This document shows positions 18,639 to 27,977 of a stretch of 64,000 nt of DNA, piece after piece (position 1 is the first letter of the stretch; the number at the start of each line of letters is the position of its first letter). Location: IMG/VR virus record IMGVR_UViG_3300027816_000057; one strand, written 5' to 3'. This stretch comes from a virus. Under the pieces are notes generated by a model. It saw nothing but the letters and a program-made list of their open reading frames with translations, made no database searches and was not told the origin of the DNA. The position numbers and the translations under genes were made by a program.

Positions 18639-19329
18639 TAGTATATTATTTTGGTCTTTATTTATAAGCGGATGCAATTTACATCCGCCGGTTGAAGATA
18701 ATGGTAATATTAAATATTTTTTTATTGATGTAACAGTTGAAAGAACAGAACATGAAGTATATCAAATTCCTTTTAAAGAACCTTTTAATGTAAGATTATC
18801 AAAAAAAGAAGAAGATTTTATTGCTTGGATAGCTAAAGTAAATGACAAATTTGAAGATTCTGGAATACAATTTTATTTAAGAAATTTTAAAGAGATTCCG
18901 CCTCAAAAAATTGAAAATAAAAACTTTTTTTTGATGTTAAAAGAATATGGATTAAATAACGAAGCTATTCAGATTTATTATTATTGCAACCCATCAGTTT
19001 TAGCTGGTATATCATCGTTTCCTTGGGAAAAAAATAATAATTTTATTTATTTAACTTGGCAACACAATGATTCAGATAACAGCTATACTCTGTCACATGA
19101 ATTAGGTCATTACTTTGGAATAAGACATATATTTGATCCTAAAAATGATATACCCGATGTTCGGTTTTATGAAAAAAATGATCCCGCTGGTTTTGATTAT
19201 CCAAATATAATGAATTATACATTATATAATATTGATTATCTAAGTTTTACCGCAGGACAACTTGAAAGAATACGATACAACGCCTTGTTTTATCGAAAGG
19301 ATATGATAGCGTTTGAAATCGATCCATGA
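18628..19329 (+). CDS. Lipoprotein metzincin (M43-like) zinc protease
   Basis: Lipobox FISGC; HELGHYFGIRH; NIMNY Met-turn; FTAGQxxR. Confidence 0.8.
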   Translation: MIFNSILFWSLFISGCNLHPPVEDNGNIKYFFIDVTVERTEHEVYQIPFKEPFNVRLSKKEEDFIAWIAKVNDKFEDSGIQFYLRNFKEIPPQKIENKNFFLMLKEYGLNNEAIQIYYYCNPSVLAGISSFPWEKNNNFIYLTWQHNDSDNSYTLSHELGHYFGIRHIFDPKNDIPDVRFYEKNDPAGFDYPNIMNYTLYNIDYLSFTAGQLERIRYNALFYRKDMIAFEIDP

Positions 19330-19816
19330 TTATGAATCTATCGGAATTTTTTCCGATAATAGATTTGTCGCAAAAAATGAAAGATTATCGTGGGATGAGT
19401 ATTTTCTTAATATCGCTTTTCTTGTTGCGGAAAGATCGCACGATTCACAAACAAAACACGGCTGCGTTTTTGTAAAAAATAATCAAATAATAAGTACCGG
19501 TTATAATGGTTTTCCCGGTGGTTCACCCGATGACATTATACCAAATGTAAGACCATATAAATATGATTTTATACATCACGCAGAAGATAATGCTATTTTT
19601 CAAGCAGCTAAATTAGGATTAACTTTAGATGGTTGTGTAGCATATATTACCGGTATGCCGTGTTGCAGATGTTTACCTAAATTAATTAGTGTTGGTATTA
19701 AAAAAATACACATTGGCGATAGAATACATCAACAAACCGAAAAAGATAAATTGTTGCAAGATTTTTGGATTTCTCAGTTTAAATTGGAGATAATAAAAAA
19801 TGGAATTAACCGATAA
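19313..19816 (+). CDS. dCMP deaminase
   Basis: SWDEYF, STGYNG, HAEDNA, PCCRC. Confidence 0.92.
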   Translation: MKSIHDYESIGIFSDNRFVAKNERLSWDEYFLNIAFLVAERSHDSQTKHGCVFVKNNQIISTGYNGFPGGSPDDIIPNVRPYKYDFIHHAEDNAIFQAAKLGLTLDGCVAYITGMPCCRCLPKLISVGIKKIHIGDRIHQQTEKDKLLQDFWISQFKLEIIKNGINR

Positions 19817-21173
19817 TATACTTTTACAGTCAGATAGTTATAAATATTCAATGCATAATCAGTACCCTTCGGGCACTGAATATGTTTATGAATATATGGA
19901 AAGTCGGAAAAACTCGGAATATCCCGATACGGTATTTTTTGGACTTCAATATTATTTAATGAGATATTTAAGTAAACCTGTTACCAAAAAAGAGGTTGAA
20001 TACGCTAGAGATTTTTTCGCACAACACTTCGGTAAAGAGGTATTTAATTATGACGGTTGGATGTATATTGTAGAAAAACACGGCGGATATCTACCTGTTA
20101 CTATTCGATCGGTTGACGAAGGATCGGTTATTCCAATTGACAATGTTCTAATGACGATAGAAAATACCGACCCTAATTGTTTTTGGCTAACTACCTTTCT
20201 AGAGACATTGCTTCTTAAAGTTTGGTATCCTTCAACCGTCGCCACCATTAGTTATTTCAATAAACAAGAGATTCTTAATAATCTAATAGCAACCGGAGAT
20301 CCTTCTTTAATTGATTTTAAGCTGCATGATTTTGGATTCCGAGGAGTTTCATCCTGTGAATCAGCCGCCCTTGGTGGTGCCGGGCATCTAATAAACTTTA
20401 AAGGAACCGATACGGTATTGGCTCTAGAATTAATACGTCAATATTACGACATTGATATGGTCGGTTTTTCTATTCCGGCTATGGAACATTCTACTGTTAC
20501 ATCTTGGGGAGAGAAAAATGAGTCCGCTGCATACGCTAATATGTTGAATAAATATCCAGACGGATTAGTAGCTTGTGTTAGCGATAGTTATGATATCTTT
20601 AACGCTTGCGAAAATATCTTTGGCGAAGAATTAAAAGATTTAGTTGTCAACAGAAAAGGATGTTTGGTCATTAGACCAGATTCTGGTGAACCTACATTAG
20701 TTTTGATGAAGATTCTTCCTAAATTAGAGGCTAAATTTGGCTCTACAATAAATAGTAAAGGATACAAGGTATTACCTCCTTATGTTAGGATTATTTGGGG
20801 CGACGGTATTGATTCTAAGTCTATCCCTTTTATTTTACGAAATCTGAAAGATTTAGGATGGTCCGGCGATAATCTAGCTTTTGGTTCTGGAGGCGGATTA
20901 TTGCAAAAACTAAATAGAGATACACAATCATTTGCTATTAAGTGTTCATCTATTACTGTATTAGGTAATCAAATTAATGTATATAAAAATCCAGTTACTC
21001 AATCTTCTAAACAAAGCAAGAGAGGTAGACTAGATTTAGATTTAATCGCGGGTAAATATATTACCGTGCCAGAAGGTACAGCTATTAATAGTCAGCTAAA
21101 AACTCGATTCCATAATGGAAAACTATTTAATTTAATTTCGTTTAACCAAATAAGGAAAAACGCGAGCAAATGA
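19800..21173 (+). CDS. nadV: Nicotinamide phosphoribosyltransferase-family enzyme
   Basis: SDSYK, LHDFGFRG, PAMEHS, VSDSYD, IRPDSG, WGDG, AFGSGGGLLQ. Confidence 0.93.
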   Translation: MELTDNILLQSDSYKYSMHNQYPSGTEYVYEYMESRKNSEYPDTVFFGLQYYLMRYLSKPVTKKEVEYARDFFAQHFGKEVFNYDGWMYIVEKHGGYLPVTIRSVDEGSVIPIDNVLMTIENTDPNCFWLTTFLETLLLKVWYPSTVATISYFNKQEILNNLIATGDPSLIDFKLHDFGFRGVSSCESAALGGAGHLINFKGTDTVLALELIRQYYDIDMVGFSIPAMEHSTVTSWGEKNESAAYANMLNKYPDGLVACVSDSYDIFNACENIFGEELKDLVVNRKGCLVIRPDSGEPTLVLMKILPKLEAKFGSTINSKGYKVLPPYVRIIWGDGIDSKSIPFILRNLKDLGWSGDNLAFGSGGGLLQKLNRDTQSFAIKCSSITVLGNQINVYKNPVTQSSKQSKRGRLDLDLIAGKYITVPEGTAINSQLKTRFHNGKLFNLISFNQIRKNASK

Positions 21174-21811
21174 TCCACTTTACTTGTTGCACTCATTTTT
21201 TTGATGATAGACTAGAGTTACTAGGTAGACCATTTTCTTCAGTAGAGGAAATGAACAGTCATATCGTTGAAAACTGGAATAAAAAAGTTAAACCAGATGA
21301 TGAGGTTTACCATCTTGGGGACGCTATAAAATTTGATAGATTTGATATTGAAGATGATGCGAATGGTTATCCTCTAAAAATATCGGATGAAAATTTAGAA
21401 AAAATTTCTATATTAGGTCGTTTGAATGGTAAAAAACACCTTATATTAGGAAATTATGATCCGTCTTTAGATAAAACCAATTTTTATTTTCAAGAATATT
21501 CAAAATACTTTCTATCGATTTCTAATAACTTCTCATTAGATGTTAACGAACGAGATTTAACCTTTAAGTTATTTTTAACTCATAAACCGATTCATGCGGT
21601 AAAAGACAGATTTAATATCGTCGGACATATTCATGGTGCTTGGAAAATACAACGTAATATGTTAAATGTTTGTCAAGACGCACATCATTATTATCCGGTA
21701 TCTTTTGACAAAATATTATTTTATTATCAAGGTATATCAAAAGGATACTTTGATGAAAATGTTTTTTGTCAAGAATCAGCAGCAAACAAAACAACCGCCC
21801 GAATTATCTAA
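21170..21811 (+). CDS. Calcineurin-like phosphoesterase (divergent metal motifs)
   Basis: CTHF, HLGD, GNYD, GHIH; paralog of 27357. Confidence 0.8.
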   Translation: MIHFTCCTHFFDDRLELLGRPFSSVEEMNSHIVENWNKKVKPDDEVYHLGDAIKFDRFDIEDDANGYPLKISDENLEKISILGRLNGKKHLILGNYDPSLDKTNFYFQEYSKYFLSISNNFSLDVNERDLTFKLFLTHKPIHAVKDRFNIVGHIHGAWKIQRNMLNVCQDAHHYYPVSFDKILFYYQGISKGYFDENVFCQESAANKTTARII

Positions 21812-21835
21812 AATTTTTGAAAAACAGGATATAAT
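21809..21835 (+). promoter_or_regulatory. Class E promoter, leaderless
   Basis: TAAA-N15-GATATAAT, ATG at 21840. Confidence 0.7.
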
Positions 21836-21839
21836 AATT

Positions 21840-22097
21840 ATGAAAATTACAGTAAAAGAATCATCAGAACAAATATTTAATTTTACTTTAAATGATATTA
21901 AAAAATGTGATGGAATTTATCAAGCAAGATGGAGAGATGATTCTTATCAAGAAGTGTGTTATGTTTTAGTTATAAATTCTACTCCTTATACATGCTGTAA
22001 TGCAGAAACTTTTGGATTTAATCAGAATACTATTTTTTCTAATCCAAACTATAGATTTAGAAAATTAGATAACGCGGAAGTAACGCTTAAATTTTAA
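21840..22097 (+). CDS. hypothetical protein (start re-called at 21840), paralog of 22855
   Basis: MKIT..TLNDIKK.DGIY vs MKIN..SLRDIQKKNGVY. Confidence 0.6.
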   Translation: MKITVKESSEQIFNFTLNDIKKCDGIYQARWRDDSYQEVCYVLVINSTPYTCCNAETFGFNQNTIFSNPNYRFRKLDNAEVTLKF

Positions 22098-22102
22098 TTT
22101 AT

Positions 22103-22177
22103 TGGGTTTTGGTGTCATTCGGCTTAGCACTTCTGGTTGTGATCCAGAGAGACAGGGTTCGATGCCCTGAAACCCTA
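22103..22177 (+). tRNA. tRNA-His(GTG), lacks G-1:C73 (T1:T72, A73, no CCA)
   Basis: GTGT/GCAC D-stem; TCTGG-TTGTGAT-CCAGA; CAGGG-TTCGATG-CCCTG; GGGTTT/AAACCC. Confidence 0.8.
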
Positions 22178-22179
22178 TT

Positions 22180-22524
22180 ATGAAAAAGAAATATAAAGAT
22201 GCTTGGATCAAAGCTTTACGTTCTGGACGCTATAAACAATGCCGCGAGCAATTACGCGACGGAGAGGGATACTGTTGTTTGGGTGTTTTAGCAAGAATTA
22301 ACGGATCATCTAAAAAAGATTTGGAAAGTCAAGCATCTGATTTAGATGATGGAGTCTGTATTACAGATTTAAACCTAAGTATTATACTTCATGGACAACT
22401 TTCTGATTCTTTCTTAAAGAAGGTTGGTATAAAAACAACTGAACAATCACGATTGATTAAATTAAATGATGATCTTAGTTACGATTTTATTGGTATCGCA
22501 GATTATATAGAAGATAATTTATAA
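22180..22524 (+). CDS. WxxALRSG/YCCLGV family, copy 2
   Basis: WIKALRSGRYKQ..YCCLGV..LNDD..IADYIE. Confidence 0.75.
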   Translation: MKKKYKDAWIKALRSGRYKQCREQLRDGEGYCCLGVLARINGSSKKDLESQASDLDDGVCITDLNLSIILHGQLSDSFLKKVGIKTTEQSRLIKLNDDLSYDFIGIADYIEDNL

Positions 22525-22532
22525 AGGAAAAT

Positions 22533-22853
22533 ATGAATAAAATAATTAAAAATAAATGGGTTAAAGCGTTACGGTCTGGTAGATATAAGCAGTGCCAAGA
22601 TTATCTTTGTAATGGTGCTGGCTATTGTTGTCTTGGTATTTTGGCAAGAATTAGCGGATGTTCTAAACATAAACTAGTAGAAGACACTATTAATACGGAC
22701 TATCGAAAAGATCAAAACGGTGATCAACTTTTATCATCTAAATTTCTTAGAGAAGTAGGGATGAAAAAAGAAACCCAACTTAATCTAGCTTTAATGAATG
22801 ATGAGCAAAAATCTTTTGAGGAAATCGCCGACTATATTGAAAAGAGACTATAA
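22533..22853 (+). CDS. WxxALRSG/YCCLGV family, copy 3
   Basis: WVKALRSGRYKQ..YCCLGI..MND..IADYIE. Confidence 0.75.
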   Translation: MNKIIKNKWVKALRSGRYKQCQDYLCNGAGYCCLGILARISGCSKHKLVEDTINTDYRKDQNGDQLLSSKFLREVGMKKETQLNLALMNDEQKSFEEIADYIEKRL

Positions 22854-22854
22854 T

Positions 22855-23085
22855 ATGAAAATTAATTTTAATATAAATGATGATTCAAAATACAATCTAT
22901 CTTTAAGAGATATTCAAAAGAAAAATGGCGTATATTCTACCAGCCTCCCCACAGAGAATAAGCATAAAAGTTATGCGTTTGTTTTAAATGGTCTAGTTTA
23001 TACAGAAAACGGTGATGATTTTTTGAATGGTTTATATAAATTTAAATATATACCAAACGGATCAATAACTATTAATTTTGATTGA
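22855..23085 (+). CDS. hypothetical protein, paralog of 21840
   Basis: Shared motifs. Confidence 0.55.
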   Translation: MKINFNINDDSKYNLSLRDIQKKNGVYSTSLPTENKHKSYAFVLNGLVYTENGDDFLNGLYKFKYIPNGSITINFD

Positions 23086-23102
23086 TTTTTAAGAGAGAAA
23101 AT

Positions 23103-23579
23103 ATGGATAAAATACAACAATTAGTCACATCATATAAAAAACAAAAAATTACTTTTATCCTTATGGGTGGTGGTGCCGAGTTAGCTGGTATTATAAAGTA
23201 TCCCGGTGCGTCCGCTTTGATAAATAATATTTTTATTCCTTATAATTCGCCAGATTTTTTATCGGCGTATGATATAGAATATAATAAAATTGTTTCACAA
23301 GAAACAAATAATCGTATTATTGAAGCTTTTAGAGATAATAATGATATTACTGTTGTAGTAAACGCTTCGTTAACCACAAATAGAATTCGTAAAGGTGTAA
23401 ACGAGGCTTTTATCTCAATTGATATACCGGGAAAATCTACTATCCATAAACATTTGATTTTTGACAAATTTACAGAAGAACAAAGTTATCAAATATTTTT
23501 TGCTAAACGTTCACAAGAAGATTCAGAGATTTTTGATTTTGTTATTAACACACTAAAGGAATACAATGAAACCAATTAA
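23103..23579 (+). CDS. CinA/PncC-like N-terminal domain of the CinA-like+nucleotidyltransferase family
   Basis: GGG..PGAS..IPY..ASLTTNRIRKG..RSQED pattern. Confidence 0.65.
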   Translation: MDKIQQLVTSYKKQKITFILMGGGAELAGIIKYPGASALINNIFIPYNSPDFLSAYDIEYNKIVSQETNNRIIEAFRDNNDITVVVNASLTTNRIRKGVNEAFISIDIPGKSTIHKHLIFDKFTEEQSYQIFFAKRSQEDSEIFDFVINTLKEYNETN

Positions 23580-23922
23580 TGTCAATCGAAAGAATTTAGT
23601 TAGTAAATTAATCGCTAATAGAGAATTGCATATCTCAAATTACAAAAGAGCGATTACAGGATATTATAAAGAACGTAATTGTATAATTAAAGAAATGTTC
23701 GATAAAGTTATGAATAATGTGGATTTTTCTCATAACGAGATGTTGGCCGAATTAGATAAACCTTCTTCGCACGAAAAAGATTATGACGCATATATTGAAA
23801 TGTACTCAAATTCCGTCGATGAAACGATAGAATTAGCTGAGCAAGAATTCAAAATGCTATTCCTAGATCAATGGAATTGGCATCAAAGATTTAATGATAG
23901 CGTGACAAAATATGTCAAGTAA
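23566..23922 (+). CDS. conserved phage hypothetical protein
   Basis: L..NRE.H..Y..P.SH...YD..I....DQWNW. Confidence 0.65.
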   Translation: MKPINVNRKNLVSKLIANRELHISNYKRAITGYYKERNCIIKEMFDKVMNNVDFSHNEMLAELDKPSSHEKDYDAYIEMYSNSVDETIELAEQEFKMLFLDQWNWHQRFNDSVTKYVK

Positions 23923-24511
23923 TTTTAAAGATAAAGTCAATCAAGGCTTAATTATCCATGAGGATGGTAAAGAAGAATTACTATCTTCTTATTTACAGCA
24001 AACTTCAGTACTTCATATATATAGCGGATCATTTAATCCGTTGCATGATGGACACAGAGAAATATTTGACTCTATATCAGATAATACTCCATTAGCACGA
24101 AAAATATTTGAAATATCTACATTGAGAGTTGGAAAAGAAGATTTAACTGAATTTGAAGTTATTGAAAGAACAAAACAATTTGATTATTATGCCAAACTGC
24201 TTGTAACAGATCAATCTTTGTTTATTGATAAATTAAAAGTAATTAAGAATCAAAACAGCGATTGCTCTGTAATTTTCCATATTGGAGACGACACTTTTAT
24301 TAGGCTTGCACAACATCATACACAGAAAGAATTATCAAAATTTGATTGTAAATTCGTAGTCTATCCTAGATCAAGAGAAAAACTACTAGAATATAGACAG
24401 TTGTGCAGATATCAAGAATTTTTTGGTAATTTTTACTGTGATAATTTTATGTTTAATCTTCAAAATAGAAGATATTACAATCTTTCGTCTACCGAAATTA
24501 GAAATAGATAA
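23912..24511 (+). CDS. HxGH nucleotidyltransferase (NMNAT/NadD-like)
   Basis: GSFNPLHDGH, GDDT, LSSTEIR. Confidence 0.85.
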   Translation: MSSNFKDKVNQGLIIHEDGKEELLSSYLQQTSVLHIYSGSFNPLHDGHREIFDSISDNTPLARKIFEISTLRVGKEDLTEFEVIERTKQFDYYAKLLVTDQSLFIDKLKVIKNQNSDCSVIFHIGDDTFIRLAQHHTQKELSKFDCKFVVYPRSREKLLEYRQLCRYQEFFGNFYCDNFMFNLQNRRYYNLSSTEIRNR

Positions 24512-24517
24512 ATATTT

Positions 24518-24600
24518 GCCGTCGTGTACCGAATTGGTATGGTACCGGTTTTGTAAACCGGCGAGGAAACTCATTGCAGGTTCAAGTCCTGTCGGCGGCT
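24518..24600 (+). tRNA. tRNA-Thr(TGT) with a long variable arm, no CCA
   Basis: GCCGTCG/CGGCGGC+T; CCGGT-TTTGTAA-ACCGG; V-arm GAG-GAAA-CTC; GCAGG-TTCAAGT-CCTGT. Confidence 0.85.
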
Positions 24601-24878
24601 TTATATTGAGATTTAATTAATGAGTAAGAAAAAGTATCCAACAATTTTGACTGGCAACGATTATGCTATATCTAAAGAATTAAAAACAAGAAAACATAAA
24701 TTTGAAATTAAAAAAGCGAATATAGGATATATTTATGGTAAAAATTGTGGATATAAAAAATTGATACTTTTATATCGAGATTCTTTCCCTTCTAAACTAT
24801 CAATACAAAGATTAATTAAAAATAGAAATTTACCTTGGCCTGATTCAAAAATGTTAATCAACACGATAGAATATAAAT

Positions 24879-25982
24879 ATGAATCCAGCAGAAATAGTTA
24901 ATCAGTTCGACTCGATTAAAATTCTTTTACAAGAATTAGATAAATTAGTAGCTGATGGCTATATTTATGAATCCAAAAAGGGTTCACTATCACTATTCAA
25001 TTATTCTGATAAATGCTGTTTTGAAAAACTCTGGAATCCGGTTACTCGTTTAGCACGCGGTCTTATTATTGATCGTGAAAGCGAGCAAATTATATGCTGG
25101 CCTATTCCTAAGTTTTTTAACTATCTTGAAAATATTAATGACAAAATTCCCGATCTCTCATTTGAAATACAAGAAAAAATAGACGGTTCTTGTATATTTT
25201 TATGGATGTATCAAGGTGAATGGTTTTGTTCTACGCGGGGTTCTTTTAATAGCGACCAAGCGGCTTGGGCACAAGACTATATTAATTCTATTTTACATAA
25301 TCTTAATTTATACGCCGACACAACTTATATATTTGAGGTTGTTTATCCCGGTAATAAAATAGTAGTAAATTATAATGGCTACGCCGGATTGTATTCTTTG
25401 ACAGGCTATCAAAATGGAATTGAGGTTGATAAACTATTTTTAGACGATACTTTTCAATATGCTAATTCTCAGAATTCTGATACTATTCGTTTTCCTAAGA
25501 TGTATTCTTACGAAAATATAGAATCTTTAGTTGAAATATGTAAGACTCTTCCGAAAGACGAAGAAGGTTTTGTCGTTCGCTGGAATAATGGTTTTCGTTT
25601 AAAATTCAAAGGTGCGGAATATTTACGAGTTCATAAACTCATTAGTCAAGTTACTCCACTTGGCATTTGGGATATTCTGTGTAATAATGATAATGTTGAT
25701 AATGTAAAACAACAATTACCTGAAGAATTCTGGAATGATTTTGATAGCATAGCCGAAAAACTTAAATTTAAATTTCAACATATAAAATCTCATAATATTC
25801 TTTGGGTTTTAGCTGAAGAAAAAATGAATAATTTAGATAGAAAGACATTTGCGAAGCAGGCTATAGAATCATCTAAAAATGATCCTATTTTAAATACCGC
25901 TTTGTTATTTAAAATATATGACGGAAAAGATATAGATGATATGATTTGGAAAATGATTCGGCCAACGGGTAATGTATTATGA
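24879..25982 (+). CDS. T4 Rnl1/RnlA-like RNA ligase
   Basis: ARGLII, PKFFN, EKIDGS, TRGSF, EGFVV, KFKGAEY. Confidence 0.9.
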   Translation: MNPAEIVNQFDSIKILLQELDKLVADGYIYESKKGSLSLFNYSDKCCFEKLWNPVTRLARGLIIDRESEQIICWPIPKFFNYLENINDKIPDLSFEIQEKIDGSCIFLWMYQGEWFCSTRGSFNSDQAAWAQDYINSILHNLNLYADTTYIFEVVYPGNKIVVNYNGYAGLYSLTGYQNGIEVDKLFLDDTFQYANSQNSDTIRFPKMYSYENIESLVEICKTLPKDEEGFVVRWNNGFRLKFKGAEYLRVHKLISQVTPLGIWDILCNNDNVDNVKQQLPEEFWNDFDSIAEKLKFKFQHIKSHNILWVLAEEKMNNLDRKTFAKQAIESSKNDPILNTALLFKIYDGKDIDDMIWKMIRPTGNVL

Positions 25983-26239
25983 ATATTCTAATATCACTTT
26001 TTTGTATTGTCTTTATTGTTTTTATAGTGTCGCTATTAATTATAGACGCCATTATGTGTAATATATGTCCTGATTGCAGCAAAAAAGAATGGAAGTACAT
26101 GACTGAGAAATGGAACGATCTTCCGTTTCCAGATAAAGAAATTCGAGAGTGTGTAAACTGCGGTTGTCGTCAGTGGTATAATGACGGTTACGGTAATTGT
26201 GATGGAGCTTGGTCGTCTTATGAGAATAACAATAATTAG
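25979..26239 (+). CDS. membrane-anchored Zn-ribbon protein
   Basis: N-terminal TM; CPDC..CVNC. Confidence 0.5.
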   Translation: MNILISLFCIVFIVFIVSLLIIDAIMCNICPDCSKKEWKYMTEKWNDLPFPDKEIRECVNCGCRQWYNDGYGNCDGAWSSYENNNN

Positions 26240-26437
26240 CTGTACAAGCAAATATAAAAGTAGTAGACAAAATCACGACGTTGTTTATTATGCCGTTGTG
26301 ACTGAAGTAGAAACGGGTTGTCCTTTTTTATTGGGTGAAAATATATATAGAACAATTACCGGTTTATCAGTTGTTCCACAAAAATATTCCACAGAAGCGG
26401 TAGTCCATCCAGATAGTTATGATTTTTGGGAGAGAAT

Positions 26438-26806
26438 ATGAATAATGAAATCTTTGTTTTTGGTTCCAATCTGGCTGGCAGGCACGGCAAAGGATCGGCC
26501 CTAGAAGCCCGTTTAAACCACGGAGCCAAATACGGATGCGGGGTTGGTCGCCAAGGTCAATCCTACGCCATACCCACCAAAGACAAAAATCTAGTGGTTC
26601 TAGATTTAAACGTAATTGAAAAATATGTGGATGAATTTGTGTCTTACGCGATACTGAATCCCGATTTAGTTTTTAATGTAGTTAAAGTCGGATGCGGATT
26701 AGCTGGCTACAAAGATGAAGAAATGGCACCATTATTTAAAAATGTGCCAAACAATGTAAAATTACATCCCGATTGGGATAGAATATTAGGAAGAAATTAT
26801 GAATAA
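26438..26806 (+). CDS. A1S_2505-like (macrodomain-like) phage protein
   Basis: EIFVFGSNLAGRHGKG, GQSYAIPT, VGCGLAG. Confidence 0.8.
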   Translation: MNNEIFVFGSNLAGRHGKGSALEARLNHGAKYGCGVGRQGQSYAIPTKDKNLVVLDLNVIEKYVDEFVSYAILNPDLVFNVVKVGCGLAGYKDEEMAPLFKNVPNNVKLHPDWDRILGRNYE

Positions 26807-27010
26807 CTGTATTTGCTATTTTACTAATACCGCGTTTCCGAAATCCGATTATCATAATATTGCAGTTGCTGAATTAGTTTTATCTGCTGATGGAAGCACT
26901 GTAATTAAAAATAGATTTGGACCGACAGGAAGAATAGTTGCTAATGATGAAAAATCTGAAAAGGCCGAACTTCAAAGATTGATTACAAAATATTTAATCG
27001 AGAATTAAAA

Positions 27011-27352
27011 ATGACCGAACAAGAAGAAATAAGTTATATTGATAAGCATAAAAGCATCAACTATTTAGTTATTGATTTTGGCGTAATTTCTTTACAGGAC
27101 TTTATTGATAAAGTGCTTGATTTAGGCACGGAACAAGACTTATCTAAGATTATGATTCGTTTTGATGCTGGTTATGAAACGGTTACTCTTGATACGATAA
27201 AAGAAAAAAGTCAAAAAGAACTAGATCAAGAGATAGAAGCTATCAAACTAAAATACCGAAAAGAAGAAGAAAAAAAAGAAAACGCGAAAAAAGCAAGACA
27301 AAAAATTAAACAATTAGAAGAAGAAATTTGGCAACTAAAAATGAAACTATAA
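27011..27352 (+). CDS. hypothetical coiled-coil protein
   Basis: ORF. Confidence 0.55.
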   Translation: MTEQEEISYIDKHKSINYLVIDFGVISLQDFIDKVLDLGTEQDLSKIMIRFDAGYETVTLDTIKEKSQKELDQEIEAIKLKYRKEEEKKENAKKARQKIKQLEEEIWQLKMKL

Positions 27353-27356
27353 ATTT

Positions 27357-27977
27357 ATGATATCATCTAAATATAACGAATATACTTTTTTAACTAGCGA
27401 TAATCATTTTCAACATGAAAATATAATTAAATATTCCAATAGACCATTTTCTTCTGTTAAAGAAATGAATGAATGTATGGTTGAAAATTGGAATAACTCG
27501 GTGACTTCTGATGAATATATTGTATATGATTTAGGCGATGTCTGCCTAGGTTACAAAGAAACAATGAGAGATATTGTTTCTAGACTTAACGGAAGAATCC
27601 GTCTTCTAAAAGGCAATCATGAAGGCGTTTTAAATGTTGCAAAAGACAGATTTGAATGGGTAAAAGATTACCATGAAGAAAGTTTTGAAATCAACGGGAA
27701 TTCTCAAAAAATTGTAATGTGTCATTATCCAATCGAGGACTGGAATTGTAAAAATAAAAAATCTTGGATGATACACGGTCATTCCCACGGAATTTTACCT
27801 AATAAAATCCCATTTCGATTTGATGTAGGCGTTGATAGCGTAGCTTCATATCTAACTCAAAAAGATAGAGATTCAGGATTGTGGAATAGTATTAAGAATA
27901 ATCCTAAACATTATAGACCGATTTCTCTAATAGAACTAGCTGAAATATTTGAGGACGATTATGCAAAATCAGGATAA
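27357..27977 (+). CDS. Calcineurin-like phosphoesterase
   Basis: SDNHFQH, LGD, GNHE, CHYP, HGHSH, DVGVD. Confidence 0.9.
   Translation: MISSKYNEYTFLTSDNHFQHENIIKYSNRPFSSVKEMNECMVENWNNSVTSDEYIVYDLGDVCLGYKETMRDIVSRLNGRIRLLKGNHEGVLNVAKDRFEWVKDYHEESFEINGNSQKIVMCHYPIEDWNCKNKKSWMIHGHSHGILPNKIPFRFDVGVDSVASYLTQKDRDSGLWNSIKNNPKHYRPISLIELAEIFEDDYAKSG

Noticed and set aside
21666-21839. N-terminal extension of ORF 21666..22097
   Set aside because: Promoter position and the paralog both support a start at 21840
24545-24561. Reading the 24518 tRNA as Tyr(GTA) because of its long V-arm
   Set aside because: Only the TGT-centred 7-nt loop gives a paired 5-bp stem, and the acceptor fits Thr
24423-24620. 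65-aa plus-strand ORF
   Set aside because: Overlaps the NMNAT-like gene and tRNA-Thr
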